DNA of 64,000 nucleotides. Origin: Escherichia phage AV122. Position 1 is the first letter of the stretch; each line of letters starts with the position of its first letter. The stretch lies in the sequence record OR352952.1; one strand, given 5' to 3'. Of this stretch, positions 52,830 to 62,190 are shown piece by piece. The notes under the pieces were generated by a model. The model was given only the letters and a program-made list of their open reading frames with translations. It was not told the DNA's origin and did not search any database. The position numbers and the translations under genes are program-made.

Positions 52830-53432
52830 TTATAGATTAAATCCTTCAAAATCAAGAGTATAGATAGTGTATGTTGAATACTTTTTGTACTCATATCTAT
52901 CTGCAATTCTAAATACACTTCCAGCTGGTATCATTACTTCTTGTTCATCTGAAACTAATTCCATATTACGATAACGATGACTATCCGGAAACTTAAAGTT
53001 TGGATTGTATTCTTTACAGCGTAGAGCTTTTATAGCATACTCCTGGAAATTGAATACCATAGGAGCTTTGAATTCAAAAATAACCTGTGTGTTATACTCT
53101 AAACCGGAAGCAAAATGTAGAGCTATATTTTTATCATATGAAGCTGATACGACTTTATCAAATGTAATAATATCAATTCCTTGATTTAATACTTGCTTAG
53201 TCTCAGCTGGAACACCTCTCCAAAGAGGTTTATCGTTTGGAACCAAACGAGATTTGATTATTTCATTTAACCAAGTATGGTCATCTGGCTTATTAGTAAT
53301 ACAATGAATTAAAAGTTCAATTTCAGATAAATTAAACCCTTCAGAAAGTAATTCTTCACGAATAGAAGCACGCACCGATGCATCCATTGATTTTATTTTA
53401 AAATCTTTTAGTTGCATTACTGAGTATTTCAT
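52830..53432 (-). CDS. modA: ADP-ribosyltransferase ModA
   Basis: 200 aa; R (LWRG), STS-like (SAS) and EQE catalytic motifs. Confidence 0.8.
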   Translation of the reverse strand: MKYSVMQLKDFKIKSMDASVRASIREELLSEGFNLSEIELLIHCITNKPDDHTWLNEIIKSRLVPNDKPLWRGVPAETKQVLNQGIDIITFDKVVSASYDKNIALHFASGLEYNTQVIFEFKAPMVFNFQEYAIKALRCKEYNPNFKFPDSHRYRNMELVSDEQEVMIPAGSVFRIADRYEYKKYSTYTIYTLDFEGFNL

Positions 53433-54052
53433 TCAACTACCTCAATATCATAAACTTTAAATGTTCCAAATGAATCGTGTAATTTTTCTTTTGAAATAGA
53501 AGTTATTCTATACTTTCCAATTGGAATCATCCATTCTTGTTCATGTACAATCATCATTAAGTTATCAGTACGCTCTGAATCTAATCCATCAGTGTCTTCA
53601 TACGTGTACTTAAACTCAGTATTAGGAGAAGAAAGTATAATATCGCTGATATGGTCAGAGTAATTAAAAGCTTTATTAGTTTTTAAGCGAAGTATTATTT
53701 TAGTAAAATATTCAGCGTAAGAAAAAGAACACGCTGTATGCAAACTAGTAGTAAATGAATCTACCCTGTTCGTTGAAAACACTTCTCCAACTTGTAAATC
53801 TTTAATGAGTTCTTTTGTCGATTTTGATATACCACGATATAACTGATAAGGCGATTTAGTTAAATGCTTTTTAATGATTTTATTCAACTGTCTGTGAAGA
53901 GCTTCATTCTTTTTGGCTTCCATACATTGCCAAAGAACAGACTGCTCAAAGTCAGTAAATTTTTCACAGACTTTTTTATACATATCATATTGAAAATCAA
54001 CGCTTTCAGCTTTTATAGATAACTGTTCAACATCTGCAGGATTAATAATCAT
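53429..54052 (-). CDS. modB: ADP-ribosyltransferase ModB
   Basis: 207 aa; LYRG, FST, EQEWMIP motifs; tandem paralog of modA. Confidence 0.8.
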   Translation of the reverse strand: MIINPADVEQLSIKAESVDFQYDMYKKVCEKFTDFEQSVLWQCMEAKKNEALHRQLNKIIKKHLTKSPYQLYRGISKSTKELIKDLQVGEVFSTNRVDSFTTSLHTACSFSYAEYFTKIILRLKTNKAFNYSDHISDIILSSPNTEFKYTYEDTDGLDSERTDNLMMIVHEQEWMIPIGKYRITSISKEKLHDSFGTFKVYDIEVVE

Positions 54053-54119
54053 GATAGCCTCCGTATACTTCAGAAGCTATCATATCATCGTTAGAAAGGA
54101 AAGTAAACAACTTTTTGAA

Positions 54120-54302
54120 TTATTTTGCCCAGGGAGCCCAAGGCGGAGGGTCAAGATGGTATGAAGCTAGTTCTTCTAGAAGAGCATCTGGGGCTTCAAT
54201 TCCATAATTCTGTAATACTATACGGTACTCTTTCTTATAATCACTAGAATCATTCTGGATATTCGTAGAATGATTATCTTCTAACATCTCAAATAAATCC
54301 AT
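54120..54302 (-). CDS. hypothetical protein
   Basis: 60-aa ORF. Confidence 0.45.
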   Translation of the reverse strand: MDLFEMLEDNHSTNIQNDSSDYKKEYRIVLQNYGIEAPDALLEELASYHLDPPPWAPWAK

Positions 54303-54310
54303 ATTAATTC

Positions 54311-54781
54311 CTAGCGATAAAAACCAAATTGACGATTAGTTTCAATGATCTTTCTTTCTTCTTCGGACATTCTCCAGCGTAGTCCAACATCAAAATGAGC
54401 CCAGACCATCCTAACAAATGCATTTATATCTTTAATATCTTCAATAATGAATGTTTTACTTTTAGAAGGTTGACTCGCTAATTTAACTTTATCGTCTTCA
54501 AACATGTCAAAAAGACCATATTCATGAGCTCTTTTATAGCCTTTAATAGTTAAAGCTTCAGAAGAAGAAAATGGTGAATCTGTATTCTGCAAAATATCTT
54601 CAGTATGCTTTATAATTAGAATAACATTTTCTGGATATTTTCTTTCTTTTATATCTTTAATTAAAATATCCGGATTTTCTGCTAAAGGAATAATTAACGA
54701 GCATTTTTTATCAAGTGTATTTACTGATTTACCTTCTTTAGACATAAATCCTATTGAATACAGTTTTGCTACTTCAATCAT
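54311..54781 (-). CDS. hypothetical protein
   Basis: 156-aa ORF. Confidence 0.6.
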   Translation of the reverse strand: MIEVAKLYSIGFMSKEGKSVNTLDKKCSLIIPLAENPDILIKDIKERKYPENVILIIKHTEDILQNTDSPFSSSEALTIKGYKRAHEYGLFDMFEDDKVKLASQPSKSKTFIIEDIKDINAFVRMVWAHFDVGLRWRMSEEERKIIETNRQFGFYR

Positions 54782-54934
54782 GTGATTTCCTCTTGCCTAC
54801 TAATGGACCATCAGGAATTTTGTTTTCCTGAATGTATTTCTCATTTTCTTCCATCATTTTACTACCGATTTTAAGAAGCAAATCTAAGGCTTCATTTGCT
54901 TTATCCTTAGCCTCTTCTAACGTCATATCTTTGG

Positions 54935-55138
54935 TCATGATTTATCACCATAGATGTCTCTCATCAATTTAAGCGCTGAGCGTTCTAATTTCTTTTCTTT
55001 CTCAGCACTAATCATTGATTTCATCCATTCTTCTGACTCGTTCTGTATTTCTTTATTTGCCTGTTCAACCCAACCATCATCAATATACATTGAGTTTGGT
55101 CTATTGAACCATTCAAGCATTTTCTTCAGAACTTTCAT
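54935..55138 (-). CDS. hypothetical protein
   Basis: 67-aa ORF. Confidence 0.45.
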   Translation of the reverse strand: MKVLKKMLEWFNRPNSMYIDDGWVEQANKEIQNESEEWMKSMISAEKEKKLERSALKLMRDIYGDKS

Positions 55139-55610
55139 TTGTTTTACCTAAAACGATAGTATGGACACCGTCAAATTCATGAATTTTTAGCAAATTTGGA
55201 TTTAAATTATTCCATAAAGAGGTAATAAAATATGATAGCGCACTTTCGTCCGTAATTATAAATTTATTTCCCTTATCAATTTTCCAGTCATATATTGAAT
55301 CATATGAATAGAAGGATAACGGTTTATTATTATAGTATGCTTCAGCAACATCAATATAGTTAGATTTAGTAAATGCTTGAATTGCCATAAATGGAGAATT
55401 TTGTACAGTTTCAATAATTCCGATCTTTTTAAGTTTTATTTCAACATCTTCTGGAACTGGCATTGAAATAAAATCTTCTACTAGATACATGTCATTGTCA
55501 TATCTTTTATCAATCATTACTGCTACTGTAATTGGAACATCCTTGACAAACGCCATACTAATACTATTGATAGACATTTCAAATAAAATCGCTTCCATAA
55601 TTTTCCTCAA
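55113..55610 (-). CDS. hypothetical protein
   Basis: 165-aa ORF. Confidence 0.55.
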   Translation of the reverse strand: MRKIMEAILFEMSINSISMAFVKDVPITVAVMIDKRYDNDMYLVEDFISMPVPEDVEIKLKKIGIIETVQNSPFMAIQAFTKSNYIDVAEAYYNNKPLSFYSYDSIYDWKIDKGNKFIITDESALSYFITSLWNNLNPNLLKIHEFDGVHTIVLGKTNESSEENA

Positions 55611-55948
55611 TCACAAGATGTAGATGAACAGCCAGAATCACAAGAACTTCCACATGAATCACCTGCCCATACATGAACAGGAACATTGGTGTCATATGAA
55701 TCAGAACTAGACTGTGTATTCTGTGCATTAGATGATGTAGTAGGTACTGACCAGCGCCAAGGATTTTTATAATATTCTTGGGCTTCTTCATAAGTCATAG
55801 TAACTGCTTCTACTGTTCCATCTCCCATATAAACATACTCAACTACAGTTAAAGGAAGGTAGTCATTTGAAATAGGAACTACACCTTCTCCCGGAGTTGT
55901 AGAGAAAAAATCTGTAAAGAAATTTTTAAACCAATTAAAGATAAACAT
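55607..55948 (-). CDS. hypothetical protein with Cys/Ser-rich C-terminus
   Basis: 113 aa ending [18 protein letters not shown]. Confidence 0.55.
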   Translation of the reverse strand: MFIFNWFKNFFTDFFSTTPGEGVVPISNDYLPLTVVEYVYMGDGTVEAVTMTYEEAQEYYKNPWRWSVPTTSSNAQNTQSSSDSYDTNVPVHVWAGDSCGSSCDSGCSSTSCD

Positions 55949-56154
55949 TACAAAAAGCCTCTTTTGAATTCGACTTGCTTATCGCCATAATCATATCGAA
56001 TCTCTGCATTAAATTCGACAGAACCATCTGCGTACATCATAAATGAATGCACAACAACTTCTGTGGACCATGGCTGCAGTTCATATTTCTTCATTACATG
56101 CCGTGAAATGATAATATCTAAATCTTCATTTGGTTTAATCCAACGATTTAACAT
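55948..56154 (-). CDS. hypothetical protein
   Basis: 68-aa ORF; early promoter 56181-56210. Confidence 0.5.
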   Translation of the reverse strand: MLNRWIKPNEDLDIIISRHVMKKYELQPWSTEVVVHSFMMYADGSVEFNAEIRYDYGDKQVEFKRGFL

Positions 56155-56180
56155 AGTGCTCTCCTCTATAAGATAATTCT

Positions 56181-56210
56181 ATTATACCATACTCATTTTG
56201 ATATGTAAAC
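56181..56210 (-). promoter_or_regulatory. early promoter
   Basis: GTTTACA, 17 nt, TATAAT. Confidence 0.55.
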
Positions 56211-56213
56211 TGC

Positions 56214-56246
56214 AAAAACGAAAAAAGGAACCCCGAAGGATTCCTT
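56214..56246 (-). terminator. rho-independent terminator after soc
   Basis: Hairpin AAGGAAUCC-UUCGG-GGUUCCUU then U-run. Confidence 0.55.
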
Positions 56247-56251
56247 AAATT

Positions 56252-56509
56252 TTAACCACCAATACCTGGAGTTGGCGTAACAGTCCAAAGACCTTCATTA
56301 GCAGTGATCCATTCAGTACGCTGATTTTCTTCATATACTGTAGAATATGCTGCTTTTTCAGAAGGGAATGTCTGATAATGAGCACCAGAAATTTTGTGAA
56401 CATCAGAATAAAGAGGGAAAGCTACAGAAATTTCTTTACCCTGAATTGTACCACCATCAACTGCTTGGTCAAATGTTTTGATATTAACATAACCGCGAGT
56501 ACTAGCCAT
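56252..56509 (-). CDS. soc: small outer capsid protein Soc
   Basis: 85 aa; MASTRGYVNIKTF...ISVAFPLYSDVHKISGAHYQTFPSEKAAYSTVYEENQRTEW recognised; late promoter box 56540-56547; terminator downstream. Confidence 0.85.
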   Translation of the reverse strand: MASTRGYVNIKTFDQAVDGGTIQGKEISVAFPLYSDVHKISGAHYQTFPSEKAAYSTVYEENQRTEWITANEGLWTVTPTPGIGG

Positions 56510-56525
56510 GTAATTCTCCTTTTAT

Positions 56526-56735
56526 TTAAATTACATGATTATTTATAATAAATTCTCGCGGAACGTTAAAATATCCGATTTTAGTTAATATAACAACATC
56601 ACCGTTAATAATTACCGGAGAATAATCTTCTGGAGCATTAAATTTCCAATGGGCTCTAATATTATATCCATCAGAACCAAATGCTCGAGTAGCCGGTCTC
56701 CCGGCTTTTTGCCACGCGTAGAAATCAAATTTCAT
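56526..56735 (-). CDS. hypothetical protein (soc.1 position)
   Basis: 69 aa. Confidence 0.5.
   Translation of the reverse strand: MKFDFYAWQKAGRPATRAFGSDGYNIRAHWKFNAPEDYSPVIINGDVVILTKIGYFNVPREFIINNHVI
56540..56547 (-). promoter_or_regulatory. late promoter box for soc
   Basis: TATAAATA on minus strand 31 nt upstream of soc ATG. Confidence 0.6.
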
Positions 56736-56932
56736 TTTGAATGCTCTATAATTAATTTTAAGGCTTCTTCGCTGACAAAAATTTCGTCAGGACCTTCTTC
56801 TATAACCCAATCAACCATACGAAGTTGATTAGTTAAGAGCTCACATACGAGCTCCTTGTTATAATCTTTAAATAGCTGGTTAATACGTTTCTTATGGGCT
56901 TTCTTAAGCTGACGCTTATTTAAACGAGCCAT
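56732..56932 (-). CDS. hypothetical protein (soc.2 position)
   Basis: 66 aa. Confidence 0.5.
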   Translation of the reverse strand: MARLNKRQLKKAHKKRINQLFKDYNKELVCELLTNQLRMVDWVIEEGPDEIFVSEEALKLIIEHSK

Positions 56933-57450
56933 TAATAACCTCGGTCTTGACGAGCGAAGTTTTCAGCATTTTTCAGGTAATAAAGTTTAAAGATTTCTTC
57001 AGCTGACATTCCAAGAGCAATAAATTTATTCATGAAAAAGTGAAATTGGTCAATCAGTTCAAATTTAATTTCAAGCTGATCTTCGGGAGATAAATCTTGA
57101 ATTTTCTTGGATTGCATTTCAGAATAACGTTTCTTCCAAGGTTTCCATACAGCAGAAGCTTCTTTTTCACCATTACTCATACCACCAAGAGAAGTATATA
57201 GTTCGCGAGTTTCATCTGCGATATAATCGTCTTGGTTTCGCAACCAAGCAAGAACTTCTCCTGCGGTTTCAAGTGAATCAGGATGACGATTTGTTTCTGG
57301 TTTATCATTAGCCAAACGAATCTGTAAATGCCGCTGCATATCAAGCATAACCTGCAGTGGGTCAATATTGTGCATAATATTCTCAGCATATGCACGATTT
57401 GCTTTATCAACACCTTCGATCAAATGAGCACATTCATTAAAGTAAGCCAT
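56932..57450 (-). CDS. 56: dCTPase/dCTP pyrophosphatase gp56 (MazG-like)
   Basis: 172 aa from ATG 57450 (MAYFNECAHLIEGVDKA) with AAGGA SD; track start is GTG extension. Confidence 0.9.
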   Translation of the reverse strand: MAYFNECAHLIEGVDKANRAYAENIMHNIDPLQVMLDMQRHLQIRLANDKPETNRHPDSLETAGEVLAWLRNQDDYIADETRELYTSLGGMSNGEKEASAVWKPWKKRYSEMQSKKIQDLSPEDQLEIKFELIDQFHFFMNKFIALGMSAEEIFKLYYLKNAENFARQDRGY

Positions 57451-57521
57451 TATTTTTCCTTTCAATTCATGGGTTAGTAGATTAATTATACAATAAATAT
57501 ATAAAGCAATAAGGAGGACAT

Positions 57522-57722
57522 ATGGTACAAAAATTAATGGCACTTGTTAATGCCATAAAAGGTAATAAAAAACGTATAGCTTTTACTATTTCTGCTATGG
57601 TAGGAATTTTACTCTGGAACTTTATTCTATCACCTGTTGCAATTGCGCATGGTATTAATATTCCAGTAGTTACTCTTGATACATTTGTAGATTTAGCATT
57701 TGCTTTAGTTGGGTTGATTTAA
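57522..57722 (+). CDS. small hydrophobic protein on plus strand between 56 and 61
   Basis: 66 aa; strong SD AAGGAGG 4 nt before ATG; two predicted TM-like segments. Confidence 0.45.
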   Translation: MVQKLMALVNAIKGNKKRIAFTISAMVGILLWNFILSPVAIAHGINIPVVTLDTFVDLAFALVGLI

Positions 57723-58747
57723 ATCTTAGCATATTTAGATAGCCGCATTTTAGCCATCAACCCCTGGGCAATATTATTTTTCATATATTCCATAATTTGT
57801 TCAGGGGTTGCACCTTCCTTTCTAATCATATCATTGACATCTTTTGATTTCCAGGGAGATTTATCCCAAAACATAACCCTTTCTCCTGCATCAACTAATT
57901 TAGTCATTCGTTTGATAGTGTCAGGGTGACGAGGTTCATTATCTAAAACCCACACTCGTCTATCTTTAAATGGAACAACTTCTAGGTCTAATTGACCACC
58001 TGTAATAGCTATACCATTTTCAATAAAAAGTGAATCTATAGGTCCTTCTAGAACATATACATCACCATCTTTAACTCGTTCAACACCGTAAATTTTTGTT
58101 GCCTCAGGATAAGCTTTAATGGTGATATATTTTTGAGGAGCATCTTTCTTTAATGCACGTCCTTGAAAAGACTCAGCTTTTCCATTAGCATTATAAATTG
58201 GAATAACAAGACGAGGCTCAGAAATTTCCTTTTTGTATGTTCCCGGTGCTATGCTATTAACTAATTTAGGCCATTCGGTTGTAAACCAAAGATATTTCCA
58301 TTTATCCTTTGGAATACAACGAGCTTTTACATATTTTATAATTGGATGGTCTTCCGCCAGTTTATCTAATCTAACACATGACGGAAGAGATTTAATTATT
58401 TTCTTCTCAGGTTGCTTAGGAAGTTCTTTAGGTTTTTCTACTGGACGACTTTTACCTTTTTCTTTTCTTATTTCAAAGATATACTCACGATATAAATCGG
58501 GTTCAAACTCCTTTAAATATATTCCGATTGGTGCATGATAGTTACAGTTATAACAATGAATATTTCCTTCATTGTTATCACCATAATACCATCCACGAGC
58601 TTTATTCTGGTCGGTTTTTGAATCTCCACAAACAGGACATCTAAACCGCAATTTAAAAGTTGAACTATTATTTACTTGTGTGAATTTAGGTAAATGAGCT
58701 AATGCACGGTATGCAAACTCATTATCAATCCAAGGTATTGATGACAT
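57719..58747 (-). CDS. 61: DNA primase gp61
   Basis: 342 aa; zinc ribbon CPVC...CYNC and TOPRIM-like region; recognised as T4 gp61. Confidence 0.95.
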   Translation of the reverse strand: MSSIPWIDNEFAYRALAHLPKFTQVNNSSTFKLRFRCPVCGDSKTDQNKARGWYYGDNNEGNIHCYNCNYHAPIGIYLKEFEPDLYREYIFEIRKEKGKSRPVEKPKELPKQPEKKIIKSLPSCVRLDKLAEDHPIIKYVKARCIPKDKWKYLWFTTEWPKLVNSIAPGTYKKEISEPRLVIPIYNANGKAESFQGRALKKDAPQKYITIKAYPEATKIYGVERVKDGDVYVLEGPIDSLFIENGIAITGGQLDLEVVPFKDRRVWVLDNEPRHPDTIKRMTKLVDAGERVMFWDKSPWKSKDVNDMIRKEGATPEQIMEYMKNNIAQGLMAKMRLSKYAKI

Positions 58748-58749
58748 TT

Positions 58750-58914
58750 TTACTCTTCTTTTTCTTTAGATTCCTCTTTCTTCTTTTTAGGAATCTGTTC
58801 AGGACCTTTATTTACTACAGCACCTGACGTTGTTCCAGTAGAGATATTTTCAGGATTACCACCTGAATCTCCAGCGACCATATCTTCTTTAATAAATTCT
58901 TTATATGTTTTCAT
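58750..58914 (-). CDS. small Lys/Glu-rich protein (61.1 position)
   Basis: 54 aa by manual translation (MKTYKEFIKEDMVAGDSGG...). Confidence 0.4.
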   Translation of the reverse strand: MKTYKEFIKEDMVAGDSGGNPENISTGTTSGAVVNKGPEQIPKKKKEESKEKEE

Positions 58915-58960
58915 ATTAACCTCTATTCATAAAAGCATTAAAAATTTGGTCATCAATAGA
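58912..58960 (-). repeat. 49-nt repeat copy A at 3' end of 118-aa ORF
   Basis: Matches 59270-59318 with 3 mismatches. Confidence 0.75.
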
Positions 58961-59272
58961 TGGCGCAGTAATATTTTCTGCATCATTTAGCAAATCATTA
59001 ATTTCATCAGATAGCATAACACATGTACCTTTATTTCCTGTAATTGTTACTGCACAATTACGAACGTTTTCTTTATCAAATTTTAGGTTAATATTTTCGT
59101 AGTGAAAATCCTTTAATGCCGAATATATCTTTAAAATGAAATTGTCTTTTACTACAATAAACCCAACCTCACTATTAAAACGCGGTTCATGGAAACTGTA
59201 ATAAACCTTTTCATCTATAAAATCGTATGAAATTTTTTCCATTTTTAAATATGAAAATTCAGAACTATACAT
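58916..59272 (-). CDS. hypothetical protein, truncated paralog of next ORF
   Basis: 118 aa; C-terminus SIDDQIFNAFMNRG shared with 208-aa ORF. Confidence 0.55.
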   Translation of the reverse strand: MYSSEFSYLKMEKISYDFIDEKVYYSFHEPRFNSEVGFIVVKDNFILKIYSALKDFHYENINLKFDKENVRNCAVTITGNKGTCVMLSDEINDLLNDAENITAPSIDDQIFNAFMNRG

Positions 59273-59318
59273 ATTAACCTTTATTCATAAAAGCATTAAA
59301 AATTTGATCGTCAATAGA
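59270..59318 (-). repeat. 49-nt repeat copy B at 3' end of 208-aa ORF
   Basis: Matches 58912-58960 with 3 mismatches. Confidence 0.75.
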
Positions 59319-59900
59319 AACTTTTACTTTAGGCTGTTCTTCAAACGGTAATTCATATCCACATATTACAATTTTGTGATCGATACCAAAATACACAGAA
59401 GCAATATTATTAATATTATTTTCAGTGAAATCTAAATCAACATCAATATCTTTTTGACCACAGCCCAAAGGATAAATAATGCGAGTAATTCGATTATCTT
59501 TAACAAATATTCCACCGACATACTCTGTGCTGCGTTTAAAGTCTACACGCCGACGAAATGAAAAATATTCAGGCTCTTTATGAGCTCGGCTCATAGGACA
59601 CAACGAGTAACTAGAATAAGAGATGTCAAATCCTACACCTTCGATATGAGCCAAAGTGTCATGATTAAACCAATTATAATCGTACGCCAAATCCATTAGA
59701 TTATAATATGTAAAAGGCACCGGATTAACATCATTAGTCACAAGCATGTAATTAGCAACTGCTATAATTTCATTGTTTTTAACGAATACAAACCGTGATT
59801 GATGCGAATGACCTGGACCCGCGTTTTCACGATTAATGATATAACACTGGGCACCTTTATATTTGTATGTATCTTTGCACTTGTGCATTTGATAGAGCAT
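59274..59900 (-). CDS. hypothetical protein (T4 61.2 position)
   Basis: 208 aa; C-terminus SIDDQIFNAFMNKG. Confidence 0.6.
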   Translation of the reverse strand: MLYQMHKCKDTYKYKGAQCYIINRENAGPGHSHQSRFVFVKNNEIIAVANYMLVTNDVNPVPFTYYNLMDLAYDYNWFNHDTLAHIEGVGFDISYSSYSLCPMSRAHKEPEYFSFRRRVDFKRSTEYVGGIFVKDNRITRIIYPLGCGQKDIDVDLDFTENNINNIASVYFGIDHKIVICGYELPFEEQPKVKVSIDDQIFNAFMNKG

Positions 59901-60193
59901 TATTCACCTACCACTTCAGCGATGATATTTTTATTATTAAAGTTTTTATCGCAATACAGAACATAATTATACTGCATTACACCACCAGACTTAAGCTGTT
60001 TTTGCACTTCAGCTTTCATTTCAGGGCGATCGCGCTCAACGATATTCATAATATCTGCTTCAATTTGAGTTTCAACCTCAGTCTGATCAGCAGTCATAGA
60101 CCATTCGCACAAATCTTTATCATAACCTGCCATAGCAGGCTGAGCAGCACAAGAAGCTAAAGCAAAAATTGTGGCAAAGATAAATTTTTTCAT
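59900..60193 (-). CDS. sp: Spackle-like periplasmic protein (61.3 position)
   Basis: 97 aa; cleavable signal peptide ending AQPAMA; early promoter 60222-60251. Confidence 0.65.
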   Translation of the reverse strand: MKKFIFATIFALASCAAQPAMAGYDKDLCEWSMTADQTEVETQIEADIMNIVERDRPEMKAEVQKQLKSGGVMQYNYVLYCDKNFNNKNIIAEVVGE

Positions 60194-60221
60194 GATAATC
60201 TCCTCAGTAGTTTATGTTTAT

Positions 60222-60251
60222 ATAGTATCTCAATTTCCAACAAAAGTAAAC
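60222..60251 (-). promoter_or_regulatory. early promoter upstream of sp
   Basis: GTTTACT, 17 nt, TACTAT. Confidence 0.55.
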
Positions 60252-60253
60252 AG

Positions 60254-60511
60254 TTATTTTAAAACTTCTGCGTAATCACATGTTACAAACTGTTTCTCTA
60301 GCTTAACGATCTTACGAAAATACCTTTTACACTGACGAATCTGTCGCTTCGTAGGACGTACAGCAAACTTAATAAATTCCACTCGACCAAATGGAGGACT
60401 TTCTTCTGCTGGAATATCTAACACCAATTCCCACGTATCTGCAATAAGTGCTTTAAATTGTGTATTTTTCCTGACGTTATACGGAGTAGGTTTAAATAAA
60501 ACAATATGCAT
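60254..60511 (-). CDS. hypothetical protein (61.4 position, start trimmed)
   Basis: 85 aa from ATG 60511; track start overlaps dmd. Confidence 0.5.
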   Translation of the reverse strand: MHIVLFKPTPYNVRKNTQFKALIADTWELVLDIPAEESPPFGRVEFIKFAVRPTKRQIRQCKRYFRKIVKLEKQFVTCDYAEVLK

Positions 60512-60512
60512 A

Positions 60513-60695
60513 TTATCCTCGGCAATCCACTTCACATACTTTCTTGTCATCAATGAAAGCTTCAACTAATGCTTTATTAACTTCAGCATATTGAGTAGTA
60601 GCCCATTGAACGTCATCTTTCATCATTGTGATTTCTTTAGTAAACATGCTTTCATTCTTAAACCACCCCATAAAAACTACCTTTACCAATTCCAT
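60513..60695 (-). CDS. dmd: Dmd antitoxin-like protein (61.5 position)
   Basis: 60 aa immediately downstream of gene 41; early promoter 60725-60754. Confidence 0.65.
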   Translation of the reverse strand: MELVKVVFMGWFKNESMFTKEITMMKDDVQWATTQYAEVNKALVEAFIDDKKVCEVDCRG

Positions 60696-60724
60696 AACAA
60701 TCTCCTCATTTAACCAACAAGACT

Positions 60725-60754
60725 ACTATACCATAGTCTTGTCAGCTTGTAAAC
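60725..60754 (-). promoter_or_regulatory. early promoter upstream of dmd
   Basis: GTTTACA, 17 nt, TATAGT; overlaps gene 41 stop. Confidence 0.55.
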
Positions 60755-62181
60755 TAAAATTTTAATTCATTTGCCAAAGCATCTAACTGAGCTCGAGCTG
60801 ATTCGTTTCTTTGATAGCGATTCTGTTCAGCCTGAATCTGTTGTGAACCTGCTACTTCACTCACTTCAGTTGGAGTAGAATCTTGTTCAATTTCTACCCA
60901 TTTCTGATTTCCCTTTTGAACACCCATTAAAAACTTATTCCACTTATTCTTATCGCCATATCGTGATTTGATTTGCTTAATGAGTTGTTGTTCAGCAGCT
61001 GCTAGCTCCTCGGTTTCAATGACCGCAAGCATAAAATCAGCTGTTGCTGGAAGACCAGCAGATTCTGCAATATCGCTCATGTTAACATCGGAAGAGTCCC
61101 AAGCTTGTTTACCGACCTGTGCTGCAGTCCAAAGAACAGTTTCGGTTTCAACAGCCAGAGCACGCAATTCCTCTGCGATAGCTTTAACAGTTGTGTAACT
61201 ATTTTCTGAGTAAACTCTGATGCGGCAAGATTTACAAATACCTAGATAGTCGACAATAATGATTGTTGGAACAAAATTCTTCTTGAGCTTTAATTCATTT
61301 AAAAGTGATCGAAATGTATTAGCGTCTGCTCCACCAGTAGGATATTGCTTAACGATTAAACGACCAAGGGTAGATTTCTCACGCCATTTTTCCATTTTTC
61401 CTTTATATTCAGCGTAAGAAATATGCCCATCATCAATGTCATCAAGAGAAACATCAAGCATGTTAGCGTCAATACGCTTAGCACAGACTTCTTCTGCCAT
61501 TTCCATGGAAATGTAAAGAACATTATGTCCGAGCTGTAAATAATCTGCCGCTAATGAACACAATCCTAATGATTTACCAACGTTAACGCCAGCCATTAAA
61601 ACGTTCAGTGTTCCAGTCTCAGCTCCGCCTTTAGTAATTTTGTTTAGAATTCTGAGTTTAAATGGAACCTTACGAGCTTTATTCATATAAGATAGCCAAC
61701 GCGCTTCATAGTCATCCATCCAATCATGACCAACGTAGCTATCAAATGAAATTGATAATGCTTGGCGCATGATGTCAGGAATAGCACCTACATCTGGCAT
61801 TTTCTTATTTCGTTTTTCCGGAGGAAGCTCAGCATTAGTTTGAATTTCGATTATTTTAGACGTAGCATTAAACATCGCCCTTTGCTGAACATATTTTTCT
61901 GTTTCTTTTACTAACCAGCTGTGGTCTTCTGGAGAATCAGCCAGTTTTGAAATAAGTGTTTTTACACCAGAATATTCTGTTTCAGTAAATGAACTATTTT
62001 CTAATGCAACATTTAACGCATTAATAGATGGAACGCTATGATACTCATTAACATGAGATTTAATTAATTTGAACGTATTTTTAGCTGGACCACTTTCAAA
62101 ATATTCTGAATCCATATATGGCCAAACTTTTGAAAAATAAGCTTGATCAAATATAAGATGAGAAAGAATAATTTCTACCAC
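60754..62181 (-). CDS. 41: replicative DNA helicase gp41
   Basis: 475 aa; DnaB-like Walker A GVNVGKS; recognised as T4 gp41. Confidence 0.95.
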   Translation of the reverse strand: MVEIILSHLIFDQAYFSKVWPYMDSEYFESGPAKNTFKLIKSHVNEYHSVPSINALNVALENSSFTETEYSGVKTLISKLADSPEDHSWLVKETEKYVQQRAMFNATSKIIEIQTNAELPPEKRNKKMPDVGAIPDIMRQALSISFDSYVGHDWMDDYEARWLSYMNKARKVPFKLRILNKITKGGAETGTLNVLMAGVNVGKSLGLCSLAADYLQLGHNVLYISMEMAEEVCAKRIDANMLDVSLDDIDDGHISYAEYKGKMEKWREKSTLGRLIVKQYPTGGADANTFRSLLNELKLKKNFVPTIIIVDYLGICKSCRIRVYSENSYTTVKAIAEELRALAVETETVLWTAAQVGKQAWDSSDVNMSDIAESAGLPATADFMLAVIETEELAAAEQQLIKQIKSRYGDKNKWNKFLMGVQKGNQKWVEIEQDSTPTEVSEVAGSQQIQAEQNRYQRNESARAQLDALANELKF

Positions 62182-62190
62182 ACTTACTCC

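Noticed and set aside
57451-57521. Late or sigma70 promoter for the plus-strand 66-aa ORF
   Set aside because: No exact TATAAATA and no convincing -35/-10 pair; only the SD is strong.
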